Positions 36,120 to 45,156 of a stretch of 64,000 nt of DNA are shown one piece after another. The notes below the pieces were generated by a model. The model was given only the letters and a program-made list of their open reading frames with translations. It did not search any database and was not told where the DNA came from. How positions within the stretch are numbered: position 1 is the stretch's first letter; the number at the start of each line of letters is the position of its first letter. Source of the stretch: Candidatus Shapirobacteria bacterium (GTDB lineage: Bacteria > Patescibacteriota > Microgenomatia > UM-FILTER-40-11). The position numbers and the translations under genes were made by a program. The DNA lies in the NCBI GenBank assembly GCA_020059745.1, contig JAGVBK010000004.1, positions 100,797-164,796 on the forward strand, written 5' to 3'.

Positions 36120-36524
36120 ATGAAGAAAAAAAGGCTTTATCTTTTTGTTAGTATTGTTCTTTTATTTTCTGCTTTTGTTCTTTTTAACTTTGTTATTCCT
36201 GTAAAAAAAGCTCCGAAGATAAACTTTTTTATTCCTAAAACAAAGGAGCAATCTAGAGAGGATATTCAATTAAAAGAAGAGGTAACCGGCAGTAAAAAAA
36301 CAAAACTTGAAGAATATAACCGCTATAGTTTTAAAGATATAAGCCTCGAATACAGAGCAAATAAGTTGGTTATTGTTTTTTTTAAAAACTCACTTAAAGA
36401 AGCACAAAAACAAGTTAGCGATTTTTTTCAAAACCAAAACTTAGATCCTAATGAATATAACTTCGAGTATATTGACCTTAATAAAAGTGATAAAGAACCG
36501 CCTTCCGGGTTTGGGCAGTCTTGA
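36120..36524 (+). CDS. Hypothetical signal-anchored protein
   Basis: The ORF-track start at 35970 overlaps the upstream gene. The internal ATG at 36120 (MKKKRLYLFVSIVLLF) gives a non-overlapping signal-anchored protein. Confidence 0.4.
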   Translation: MKKKRLYLFVSIVLLFSAFVLFNFVIPVKKAPKINFFIPKTKEQSREDIQLKEEVTGSKKTKLEEYNRYSFKDISLEYRANKLVIVFFKNSLKEAQKQVSDFFQNQNLDPNEYNFEYIDLNKSDKEPPSGFGQS

Positions 36525-36566
36525 TAGACAGGAAAAATTATTTTTGCTATTATCAAGAAAGACAAA

Positions 36567-38141
36567 ATGAAAAAAAATAATTTTTTTAAGCTACTTATCC
36601 CTGCTTTTATATTTTTCTTCTTTTTTGGGACAAATAAAACCTACGCCTCTATCCCAATCGGCACTGGAGAGGATTGCACAACTTCGCAAGACTGTCTTCG
36701 TGAATATGGTATGGGAACTTGTATAAATAGGGTCTGCGTCACTACTCAAAATGATATTCTTGAATTCCAAAGAGAAGTTGAGGCAGGTAAAAACGGAAAC
36801 CCTAATTTATCCTGGTTCTCAAGTGAAGTGTTTGGCAAGGTTGCTGATGCCGGTGTTTCGGAAATTTTTGGCAATATTCCTGAAGGAGAAACTTCCCAAT
36901 CGTACGTCCCCGGAGGAGTTATCGGAAGCCTGGGGAAAATGCTTTCTTCCTTGTATGCCATTCCTCCGGCTTCTGGAGGAGAATACATTGCCTCCATAAA
37001 AAGAGACCTTGGAGTAGTAAGCCCGGCTTATGCCCAAGGCATAGGCTTTGAAGGCTTAAGGCCAGTTCTTGAAATCTGGAAAACATTCAGAAACATCTCT
37101 TACATATTCTTTGCCCTAATTGCCCTTTATATTGGTTTTGCTATCATGTTCAGACTTAAACTTGACCCAAGAACTGTTATCTCCATTCAAAATTCACTTC
37201 CTAAACTAGTAGTTGCTTTTCTTTTGATTACTTTTTCCTATGCCATTGCCGGACTTCTTATTGATTTGTCTTACATCCTCATGTTTATAATCATGAACAC
37301 AGTCGGAGAAATAACCTTTGGAAGACTTGAGTACGATGGCTTTGCTGATTTTACCAATTTTCTTACAGGCAGGACTTACGATAACAACAACTGGTTTTTT
37401 GTTGGCAGATACCTCGCCCAGGTTATTCTTCTTACTGTTGGCTCGCTACCAAAAATTCTTCCTATTTTGCTCTTTCCGGTAGCTAGGTTAATTTTTGGGG
37501 CCATAATAATCTATGTCTTACTTAAAATCTTATACCAAGTGCTGATATCTTACGTTAATATTGTGCTTCTGGTAATTTTTGCCCCTTTCCAGCTTCTTGT
37601 TTCGGCCTTACCAGGCAATAAAGATGGCACTAAGTGGTTTAGAAATTTAATCGCAAACATTGCAGTTGTACCAACAATACTAACGATGTTCCTTTTGGCA
37701 GGTTATTTTTTAAGCTTCGACGCTTTTAACTTTTCTTCAGAAAACGCTCTTGATGTTATTGAGGCAACGTGGGAGTCGATAAGAGGAATCTTTACTGCGG
37801 ATGGAGCTTTTGCCAGCATCCAAAATGTTCTTACCTGGGCAGCCACTCAGTTAATTGGTTTTGGCCTTTTTGTTATGATCCCTAAAGTAACAGACATGGT
37901 TAAGTACACACTGCAAATTAAGGGTTATGACTTCCCGTCTGCAATCGGCGAAACAATGTCTGGAGCTTATGAAAGAAGTTTTGGCAAAGAAGCTTCCAAA
38001 TATGCCCAAGCGCAAAGGCTGTATGAAAGCAATCCTTGGTTGTATCCCGATCCTTCCACTGTGGGTGCCTTTTCTAGATTTAAAGGTGTGAAAGACTGGT
38101 TTGGCAGAATGGGGGCCAAGACTGAAGGCGGAAGAAAATAA
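36567..38141 (+). CDS. Polytopic membrane protein with a Cys-rich secreted N-terminal domain, possibly VirB6/TrbL-like
   Basis: Signal peptide, a Cys-rich region, then at least six TM helices. Sits inside the pilin / VirB4 cluster. Confidence 0.35.
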   Translation: MKKNNFFKLLIPAFIFFFFFGTNKTYASIPIGTGEDCTTSQDCLREYGMGTCINRVCVTTQNDILEFQREVEAGKNGNPNLSWFSSEVFGKVADAGVSEIFGNIPEGETSQSYVPGGVIGSLGKMLSSLYAIPPASGGEYIASIKRDLGVVSPAYAQGIGFEGLRPVLEIWKTFRNISYIFFALIALYIGFAIMFRLKLDPRTVISIQNSLPKLVVAFLLITFSYAIAGLLIDLSYILMFIIMNTVGEITFGRLEYDGFADFTNFLTGRTYDNNNWFFVGRYLAQVILLTVGSLPKILPILLFPVARLIFGAIIIYVLLKILYQVLISYVNIVLLVIFAPFQLLVSALPGNKDGTKWFRNLIANIAVVPTILTMFLLAGYFLSFDAFNFSSENALDVIEATWESIRGIFTADGAFASIQNVLTWAATQLIGFGLFVMIPKVTDMVKYTLQIKGYDFPSAIGETMSGAYERSFGKEASKYAQAQRLYESNPWLYPDPSTVGAFSRFKGVKDWFGRMGAKTEGGRK

Positions 38142-38148
38142 AAAGGTA

Positions 38149-40215
38149 CTACATTCCAAATCTTTTCCTGTTTCTTTTTATCCTTCTTCTAATGATTTCT
38201 CTCCTGCCAAAGTATTTATCCATTCTCATGTGCTTTCCTAAATTATTCGGATTATTTAAATTCACGCCGTTTAAATCTTTAAAAGCTTTTTCTCTTGCTT
38301 TCTTAACAGGCATTTCCATTGTCGCATACAGCCTGTCATCTCCCAAAACCTGGGTAAGTATAAGATCATAATGTTCATAGCTTATATTAAGCAAAATGTC
38401 TGAGGAATAGTTAGCAGGCCCTTGCATCATGCCAATTACCGCCCCTTCAAGAAGTTCAATATCAGAATAAACATCTGAAAGTAATTTAGACCGTCCTGTC
38501 CTTAGCTTTGACAGTGCCGTTGCCAATTCTTGGACTGTCGGGTTTTTAGCTTTACTTTGGATTATGTAATATATTCTTTTTGCCGAATCCATCAAATCGC
38601 CGTAGCCTGGCCAAAGCTCTCCGCTTCCAATTTTACTAAGGCCGACATCTTCAGGATTAACATAATCAAAAAGGCCTGACCCGGGTTCAATTTCTTTTTT
38701 CCTTGAGAGAACCAGGGTTTGAGCTAAGGTAGGAGGAGTTTCTCTTCTTTTTTTGTCTCCTTCCCCAACGTTTGTTAAATCAAACAGGCTAAAAAACATT
38801 CTCTTTGGCATAAAATTAATTTTGCCTTCTTCAAATTTTTTTCTGAATTTTAGATCATGCCTTATTCTCTCTGCGTACCAATCGCCAAGATTCCCCCCCC
38901 AACTTTCATCTGTTCCAAAGTCTTCTTTGCCTGTAAGCCACTTACCACGACCTTTGTCTTGTGGTCTAAAAAAAGCCCTTATCTGTTCTGCGTATACATT
39001 TCCATTTCTTATATGTCTTCCCACATCGCCTGAGTCAGGTGCGTTTCCTACAAAAATTAGATTCCAGGCAACTGAAAAAGCAGCCAAGGCCGATACTTCA
39101 GGCGACGAATCAGGACCTCCCATCGTGTTTTCTGGAGTTAAAAGTTCGGGGTTCTCTTTAAAGTATTTTGTTAATTTATCAACAAACTTTTCTTTATAAT
39201 CGTCAAAGTTAGTTAACTCCTCAAGTCCTTTTTTGTCTACATATAAACTTCCAGTGTTACTTAAGAGAAAAAAATCATTAAACATTGTTGCCATGGCAAT
39301 CCTAAAACCAGGCATGTGGTTCCACATAGTAATTAAGGCTTCTTTATTAACTCTAATATCTCTCCTGTCTGTATAGTCATCAAGGCTTAAGTGGGCAGCT
39401 TCCCTTTTAATATAACTTCCCAAAAGAATTCCCAACCTAGTCCTAATTACATTTTTCCACCTTTCCGGTAAACGATCATACCAAACAGGAGGCTGAGTAT
39501 CAAAAAGTTGAACATTTAAACCTGCCTGAGCCGACTCTGCAGAAACAAGACCGCTATAACCCGTAACCCTAAAAGCTTCATATTGTTCCCTTTGCATCTC
39601 TATTGTTTCAGCCTGAAACTGGTCTTGCCGCGAAAGGCTTCTTTCCTCAATTCTAATTATCTGGTCAAGTTTCTCGGCAAGTTGATTGTCAGGCGAACGA
39701 GAGGTAGGGCTTTCCTCAACAGGGGTTTGTGTGAGACTGTTTCTTAGAAGATTAAGTCTTTCTTCAGCATACCATCTTATAACCCCATAGTGGGGGTCAT
39801 CTTCAGAAAGACCCCATTCCTTGTCTAAATCTCTTGCTTGTCTTCTTTCTTCTCTTATATCCTCTGCGGTAAGACGCCCTTCTCTTTTTTTTGCCTCTAG
39901 ATCTTGGAGTACATCCGTAAAAGGCTTAAAAGCTCCCTCGTCTTGTAAGTCTTGTACAAGACCTTGTATTCTCCCTCTTACTTCACTGATCACATCGTTA
40001 ATCTTTCTTTTTTCTTCCTCTTCAGTTGTTTTTCTCAAACGGGAGAGAAGCCGCTCTCTTTCTTTTAAGGCATCAATAAAAGACAGTTCGCTTACTGGCT
40101 TTTTGCTGGACTCTGGATTAACTGTTTGTCCTAGTTCTGATTTATTCATATTTTCACTTGGTTGACTATCGACACTTTCGGGCATGGTACTAAAATTATA
40201 GCAAAAATCAAGCAA
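38149..40215 (-). CDS. Hypothetical protein, 688 aa, with an acidic/coiled N-terminal third and a basic C-terminal tail
   Basis: Clean long ORF on the opposite strand inside the T4SS-like cluster. No motif recognised. Confidence 0.4.
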   Translation of the reverse strand: MLDFCYNFSTMPESVDSQPSENMNKSELGQTVNPESSKKPVSELSFIDALKERERLLSRLRKTTEEEEKRKINDVISEVRGRIQGLVQDLQDEGAFKPFTDVLQDLEAKKREGRLTAEDIREERRQARDLDKEWGLSEDDPHYGVIRWYAEERLNLLRNSLTQTPVEESPTSRSPDNQLAEKLDQIIRIEERSLSRQDQFQAETIEMQREQYEAFRVTGYSGLVSAESAQAGLNVQLFDTQPPVWYDRLPERWKNVIRTRLGILLGSYIKREAAHLSLDDYTDRRDIRVNKEALITMWNHMPGFRIAMATMFNDFFLLSNTGSLYVDKKGLEELTNFDDYKEKFVDKLTKYFKENPELLTPENTMGGPDSSPEVSALAAFSVAWNLIFVGNAPDSGDVGRHIRNGNVYAEQIRAFFRPQDKGRGKWLTGKEDFGTDESWGGNLGDWYAERIRHDLKFRKKFEEGKINFMPKRMFFSLFDLTNVGEGDKKRRETPPTLAQTLVLSRKKEIEPGSGLFDYVNPEDVGLSKIGSGELWPGYGDLMDSAKRIYYIIQSKAKNPTVQELATALSKLRTGRSKLLSDVYSDIELLEGAVIGMMQGPANYSSDILLNISYEHYDLILTQVLGDDRLYATMEMPVKKAREKAFKDLNGVNLNNPNNLGKHMRMDKYFGRREIIRRRIKRNRKRFGM

Positions 40216-40437
40216 AAATTAAATCTATAAGCTGTTTATTGAAAAATGCAAAAGAATGGCTGATAATACTTTTAGTTAAAGCAGGAAATTCGGAAAGGCA
40301 AGTAAGCCGAAGCTGTGCCGCAACTGTAATCCGAACAAAGTGAGGATTACGCCCTGAGCAATGTCGAAGGGTGTAGTGCAAATTTTGAAAGGTAAGCCAG
40401 AATACTGCATAACTTTTATTTCCCGAGCAGGAAAAAT

Positions 40438-41406
40438 ATGCCTCAAAACAAAGAAAGATTTGCCATTGAAATCTCAGGTTGGCAAGAAAAGCCTCTAGAA
40501 GCACTCCAAGGAGATATTGCCTCGTTTTCAATTGAGGCGGGGAAAGTTCCTTTGGAAAAAAGAATCAACCCCGTTGCTGTTAGTCTTGAAAACTTCAGAA
40601 CCTTGGTTAAAAAAGGCAGCCCGGATTCAGAAGATCAGGCAACGGAAAAAATTTATGATTGGGCAGAAAAAGTGTCTCCTTCAGTTTATCTTTGGCTTGA
40701 TACGGTAAGTGAAGAAGAAGTCCTTCTTGGCATGAAAGGATTCATCAATCTTAATCCGGGCAATGTCGGTGTTTGGATAAGCCCACCTTTTAAGGATCAT
40801 TACAAAGAGTCGAGAATTGCCGTCTACCAAGTAGTTGAAGTAAATAATCGGAAGTATCTTTTTTTTAGGAATTTTTGCGGCAACTTAAGTTCAGAGGAAT
40901 GCTACAGCCTTGCCTTGGGTCTGGAAAAATTCTCTTTAGATAGAAACTTGATCGTAAACGACCCCGAGCTTATTCGCTCCTCTCCTCTTTTTCTTAATAT
41001 TCCGGGAAGTTCTTTTGTTTCCTTTCTTTCAAAAAATATTCCCGATATATCTTCCTGGTCAGAAGTTGAAAAAGGAAAAGATATCGAAGAAAAAATAAAT
41101 GCCTTAAAAGTTGCTTCAGGCATCTTAGACGAAAACACCTATACTGCCATTAATAAAGCAGTAACGCCAGAAGAGCAAATTCTAATTGGAAGGTTAATAG
41201 AAATTAGGTTACAAGAAAAGTTGGGCAAGGCTCTTTCGCCCAGCTCTTGCGGAAATCTTTATTCGGCTTTTAGTAACCCTCTTTTTGTCTCTATAAGAGG
41301 AATACACTCTCAAGAAATAACCACTAGAAGGAAACACTGCGGTAAATGCGGTAAATACGGTTATTTTCTTGATGGTGAAACCTGCCCCTACGATACCAAA
41401 GATTAA
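40438..41406 (+). CDS. Hypothetical protein with a C-terminal zinc ribbon
   Basis: HCGKCGKYGYFLDGETCPYD at the C-terminus. Preceded by a ~220-nt structured leader. Confidence 0.4.
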   Translation: MPQNKERFAIEISGWQEKPLEALQGDIASFSIEAGKVPLEKRINPVAVSLENFRTLVKKGSPDSEDQATEKIYDWAEKVSPSVYLWLDTVSEEEVLLGMKGFINLNPGNVGVWISPPFKDHYKESRIAVYQVVEVNNRKYLFFRNFCGNLSSEECYSLALGLEKFSLDRNLIVNDPELIRSSPLFLNIPGSSFVSFLSKNIPDISSWSEVEKGKDIEEKINALKVASGILDENTYTAINKAVTPEEQILIGRLIEIRLQEKLGKALSPSSCGNLYSAFSNPLFVSIRGIHSQEITTRRKHCGKCGKYGYFLDGETCPYDTKD

Positions 41407-41466
41407 GTTGCCACACTATGTTACCGTTGAAAGAAGTTCGATAAAAAAGTAAGATAAAAAGGTAAA

Positions 41467-42453
41467 ATGCAGCAACATCCGGTTCCTCAACCAATTACCA
41501 GCTACGAGTTTCACTTAGTGGGAGATATGACCTTAAAGCAGTTTGGCAAGCTGGCTGCTGGAGTTGTCTTGGCTTTAATTGTTTATGCTTTTAATCCTCC
41601 TGCTTTGTTTAAATGGCCTCTTGTTTTCATTTTTGTCAGTCTTGGTGCTGGCTCTGCTTTTATCCCTTTTGAAGGCAGGCCAATTGATACTTGGATTTTT
41701 GCGTTTTTTAAAAGAATTTATTCTCCAACCCAATATGTTTGGCGTCAAGGGGGAGCGGTGCAATCAATTCCTTCAATAAATAAAGAGCAGACAAGTCAAA
41801 AAAACACCTTTCAAAGTTCAATTCACCCAGGTATCGGATTTAAGCCTCCCACAATACATATGCCAAATTTAAACATTAAAAACACTGTTTCTCTCTTTAG
41901 TAAAAAAAATGAAGCTAGTCCTGATGAAAAAGAAGCAAACCCGCCAAAAGAAACACAAAAAGAACAAAAAGAAAACCAAAAACCAGCCTCGCAAACAATA
42001 GTCTTAAGTAGAACTCCTGCTTCCCCTCCTGCCGGTCCAACAAAAACTTTTCAAGCTCATACCCAGCAAGCCGTTAGCACAGGAACAATTCTTAAGCCTC
42101 CTTCTCTTCCAAAATTTTCTCCTCCAACTCAAATTATTCAGCCAAAAGTGGAAGCAAAATTTGTGCCCTCAGCCATTATTCCCGCAACGCCAACTATGTC
42201 AAACTTGCTTGTTGGTTTTGTCCATACTCCTGACGGAAAAATCGTTGAAAATGCCATTTTGGAGGTCAGAGACCCCCAGGGAACTCCGGTGCGGGCTTTT
42301 AAAACCAACAAGCTTGGCCAATTCAGAAGCGCTACTCCCCTTCCTAATGGTTCTTATGAGATAGAAACAGAAAAAGAAGGCTTCAGATTTGATATAATCA
42401 AAGTTGAGCTCAAAGGCGAAATTTTATCGCCTATTGAAATCGTCAGCAAATAG
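41467..42453 (+). CDS. Membrane protein with two N-terminal TM helices, a Pro/Lys-rich linker and a C-terminal carboxypeptidase-regulatory-like beta-sandwich (possible VirB3/PrgI-like T4SS component)
   Basis: A TM hairpin (LAAGVVLALIVYAF...LVFIFVSLGAGSAF). The C-terminal GFVHTPDGKIVENAILEVRD...GSYEIETEKEGF looks like a CarboxypepD_reg fold. Confidence 0.35.
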   Translation: MQQHPVPQPITSYEFHLVGDMTLKQFGKLAAGVVLALIVYAFNPPALFKWPLVFIFVSLGAGSAFIPFEGRPIDTWIFAFFKRIYSPTQYVWRQGGAVQSIPSINKEQTSQKNTFQSSIHPGIGFKPPTIHMPNLNIKNTVSLFSKKNEASPDEKEANPPKETQKEQKENQKPASQTIVLSRTPASPPAGPTKTFQAHTQQAVSTGTILKPPSLPKFSPPTQIIQPKVEAKFVPSAIIPATPTMSNLLVGFVHTPDGKIVENAILEVRDPQGTPVRAFKTNKLGQFRSATPLPNGSYEIETEKEGFRFDIIKVELKGEILSPIEIVSK

Positions 42454-42491
42454 CTCCTCTTATTTTAAAATTTGAAATTTAAAATTTAAAA

Positions 42492-43169
42492 TTGGTAAAT
42501 ATGGATCCTGCCCGAATTCCAATAAGAGCCACCACCCAAGAAAGCCTGCCCGTTGAGGACGTTAAAGACAACATTGTAATCTTAAAAGACGGGTCTTGCG
42601 CTTTGGTGCTTTCTGTTTCCTCGGTAAATTTTGATCTCTTGTCAGAAAGAGAGCAAGACGCCATTATTTATGCTTACGGCGCTATGCTTAATTCGCTTAC
42701 CTTTCCTATTCAAATTTTGGTAAGATCTCAGCAAAAAGATATTTCTTCATATCTTGAGCTTTTAGAAAAACAGGAAAAAATGAAAGTAAACTCCAGCCTT
42801 ATTCAGAAAATGATTGCCTCGTACCGAAAGTTCGTCTCTGAAATGGTAAGAAAAAACAATGTTTTGGACAAAAAATTTTATGTGGTAATCCCTTTTTCCG
42901 CATTAGAACTAGGCGTTGCCAGCACCCTAACCTCGGTTTTTAAAAAAAGAACAAACCTCCCTTTTTCAAAAGAATACATACTGACCAAAGCCAAAACCGC
43001 ACTTTTTCCCAAAAGAGATCATTTAATTAAGCTCTTTGCCAGGCTTGGGCTGGTGGCCAGACAAATGGAAACAAAAGAGCTTATCCGGCTTTATTATAAA
43101 ATCTATAACACCGAAGAAGAAGTTAACAAACAAATAAACCAGGAAGTAAAAAGAAATGGAAATCCTTAA
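42492..43169 (+). CDS. Hypothetical protein coupled to the VirB4-like ATPase (possible N-terminal VirB4-domain homolog)
   Basis: Its stop overlaps the next gene's start by 14 nt. No motif recognised. Confidence 0.3.
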   Translation: MVNMDPARIPIRATTQESLPVEDVKDNIVILKDGSCALVLSVSSVNFDLLSEREQDAIIYAYGAMLNSLTFPIQILVRSQQKDISSYLELLEKQEKMKVNSSLIQKMIASYRKFVSEMVRKNNVLDKKFYVVIPFSALELGVASTLTSVFKKRTNLPFSKEYILTKAKTALFPKRDHLIKLFARLGLVARQMETKELIRLYYKIYNTEEEVNKQINQEVKRNGNP

Positions 43170-45156
43170 AAAAATAAAAAATAAAATTCCGGCAAAAAAG
43201 AAAGTAGGTCAGGCGGAAACTAACCAAAGCCAAACCAACTCTCAATCGATTTCACCAAAACCAGTTAGTCTGGACTCCTGTGTCCAGGATGTAATCGCCC
43301 CCTCCGCCATTGAAGTAGATTTTGACTACCTAAAAATAAACAATCATTACACAAGAACCCTTTTTGTTGCCGGCTATCCTCGCTACGTAAGCGCTAACTG
43401 GCTTTCTCCTTTAATAAATTTTGACCATTCTTTGGATATTTCTCTTTTTGTTTACCCTGTTGAAAGCAAATCGGTTTTAGATGATTTGAGAAGAAAAATT
43501 GCAGAAATGGAAGCAGAAATCTCAACAGACATTGAAAGAGGTAAGGTAGTTAACCCTGCCACGCAGGCAAAACTTGAAGATGCAATTACCATGCAAGAGC
43601 AGCTGGTTAAAGGTGCAGAAAGATTTTTTCAGTTTGCAATTTACATCACTATCACCACAGAGACACTCGAAAAGCTAAACCAAGTTTCCAAAGGAGTTGA
43701 ATCAACCCTGGCCGCACTGCTCATTATCCCCAAGCACGCTACCTTACAAATGGAAGAAGGTTTTAAAAGCACCTTGCCTATTTGTGCCGATTATCTAAAC
43801 ATTACCAGAAACATGGATACCACTTCTTTGGCAACTACCTTTCCTTTTACTTCTTCTGAGTTGACTGCCAACGAAGGAATCATGTACGGCATAAACGAGC
43901 ATAACGGTTCTTTAATTGTTTTTGACCGCTTTACCTTAGAAAACTACAACAGTGTTGTTTTTGCTAAAGCCGGTGCCGGTAAAAGCTATATGGTTAAGCT
44001 TGAGGTTTTGCGTTCTTTAATGTTTGATTCTGAAATTATTATCATTGACCCTGAAAACGAATACGAAAGGCTTTGCAGCGCAGTGGGCGGAGAAAATATA
44101 AGCTTTGGCTTTAACTCTAAGGCTAAGGTTAATCCTTTTGATCTTTCCCAGGTTTATGAAGAAGGAGAAAACGAGCTTAATAATAAAATCCTTTCCCTTC
44201 ACTCCCTTTTTAAAGTCATTATGGGAAATCTTTCTGCTACTGAAGAAGCTATCCTTGACAGGGCGCTAATGATGACTTACCAGATGAAAGGAATAACCCA
44301 AGATCCGGAAACCCAGAAAAAAGAGCCGCCGCTTATGGAGGACCTTTTCAAGGCTTTAATCGGCATGGAAGACCCTCAAGCTCGCTCGCTTGCCGACAGA
44401 ATTGAAAAATTTGTTAAAGGCTCTTTTACCGGTATCTTTGACCAGCGCTCAAACATTGATATAAAAAACCCCTTTACTGTTTTTTCTTTAAGAGATCTTG
44501 AATCGACATTAAGGCCTATTGCAATGTTTATAATTTTGGATTTTATCTGGACCAGAGTTAAAAAAGACTTAAGAAAAAGGATATTAGTAGTTGACGAGGC
44601 TTGGTTTATGATGAGAAGCAAAGATTCAGCCGAGTTTCTTAATTCGATCGCCAAAAGGGCCAGAAAATACTATCTTGGCGTCACTACCATTACTCAAGAT
44701 GTTGAAGATTTTCTTAAAGATGATCTTGGTAAGGCAATTGTCACCAATTCCTCAATTCAGGTTCTGATGAAACAACACCCGGCAGCCATTGATAAGGTTG
44801 CTCAGGTTTTTTACCTCTCTGAGGGAGAAAAACAATTTTTGCTTGCCTGTGATGTCGGTGAAGGCCTGTTTTTTGCCGGTGAAAATCATGTTGCGATGCG
44901 GGTTATTGCCTCTTCGGAGGAACACCAGCTTATCACCTCAAAACCGCAAGAAATAATCCAGAGAAAAGCGGCTAATAAAGAAAGCCCTGCAGCAACTGCC
45001 CAAGAAAGTAAAAAAGAAGCGGCTAAGGAAGTTGTTATGGAAAATATAGCGCCCCAAACCAGCCAAAACACTTCTATAAATCAAAGCAATCCTTTGCCTC
45101 CTAAATTCAAAAGTGAGATAATAATGGATAATGCCACAAGAGACAGCAACCAATAG
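43156..45156 (+). CDS. VirB4/TraC/TrbE-like T4SS ATPase
   Basis: Walker A FAKAGAGKSY and Walker B RILVVDEAWFM, with overall VirB4-like spacing and size. Confidence 0.7.
   Translation: MEILKKIKNKIPAKKKVGQAETNQSQTNSQSISPKPVSLDSCVQDVIAPSAIEVDFDYLKINNHYTRTLFVAGYPRYVSANWLSPLINFDHSLDISLFVYPVESKSVLDDLRRKIAEMEAEISTDIERGKVVNPATQAKLEDAITMQEQLVKGAERFFQFAIYITITTETLEKLNQVSKGVESTLAALLIIPKHATLQMEEGFKSTLPICADYLNITRNMDTTSLATTFPFTSSELTANEGIMYGINEHNGSLIVFDRFTLENYNSVVFAKAGAGKSYMVKLEVLRSLMFDSEIIIIDPENEYERLCSAVGGENISFGFNSKAKVNPFDLSQVYEEGENELNNKILSLHSLFKVIMGNLSATEEAILDRALMMTYQMKGITQDPETQKKEPPLMEDLFKALIGMEDPQARSLADRIEKFVKGSFTGIFDQRSNIDIKNPFTVFSLRDLESTLRPIAMFIILDFIWTRVKKDLRKRILVVDEAWFMMRSKDSAEFLNSIAKRARKYYLGVTTITQDVEDFLKDDLGKAIVTNSSIQVLMKQHPAAIDKVAQVFYLSEGEKQFLLACDVGEGLFFAGENHVAMRVIASSEEHQLITSKPQEIIQRKAANKESPAATAQESKKEAAKEVVMENIAPQTSQNTSINQSNPLPPKFKSEIIMDNATRDSNQ

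Noticed and set aside
35970-36524. 184-aa ORF overlapping the end of the 977-aa gene by about 150 nt
   Set aside because: The 5' part is probably out-of-frame overlap. It was re-called from the internal ATG at 36120, which gives a signal-anchored protein.
40216-40437. Guess that the structured leader is SRP RNA or RNase P RNA
   Set aside because: The conserved SRP domain IV (GGAAGGAAGCAG-type) and the RNase P P4 motifs are not present. It is too short for RNase P.
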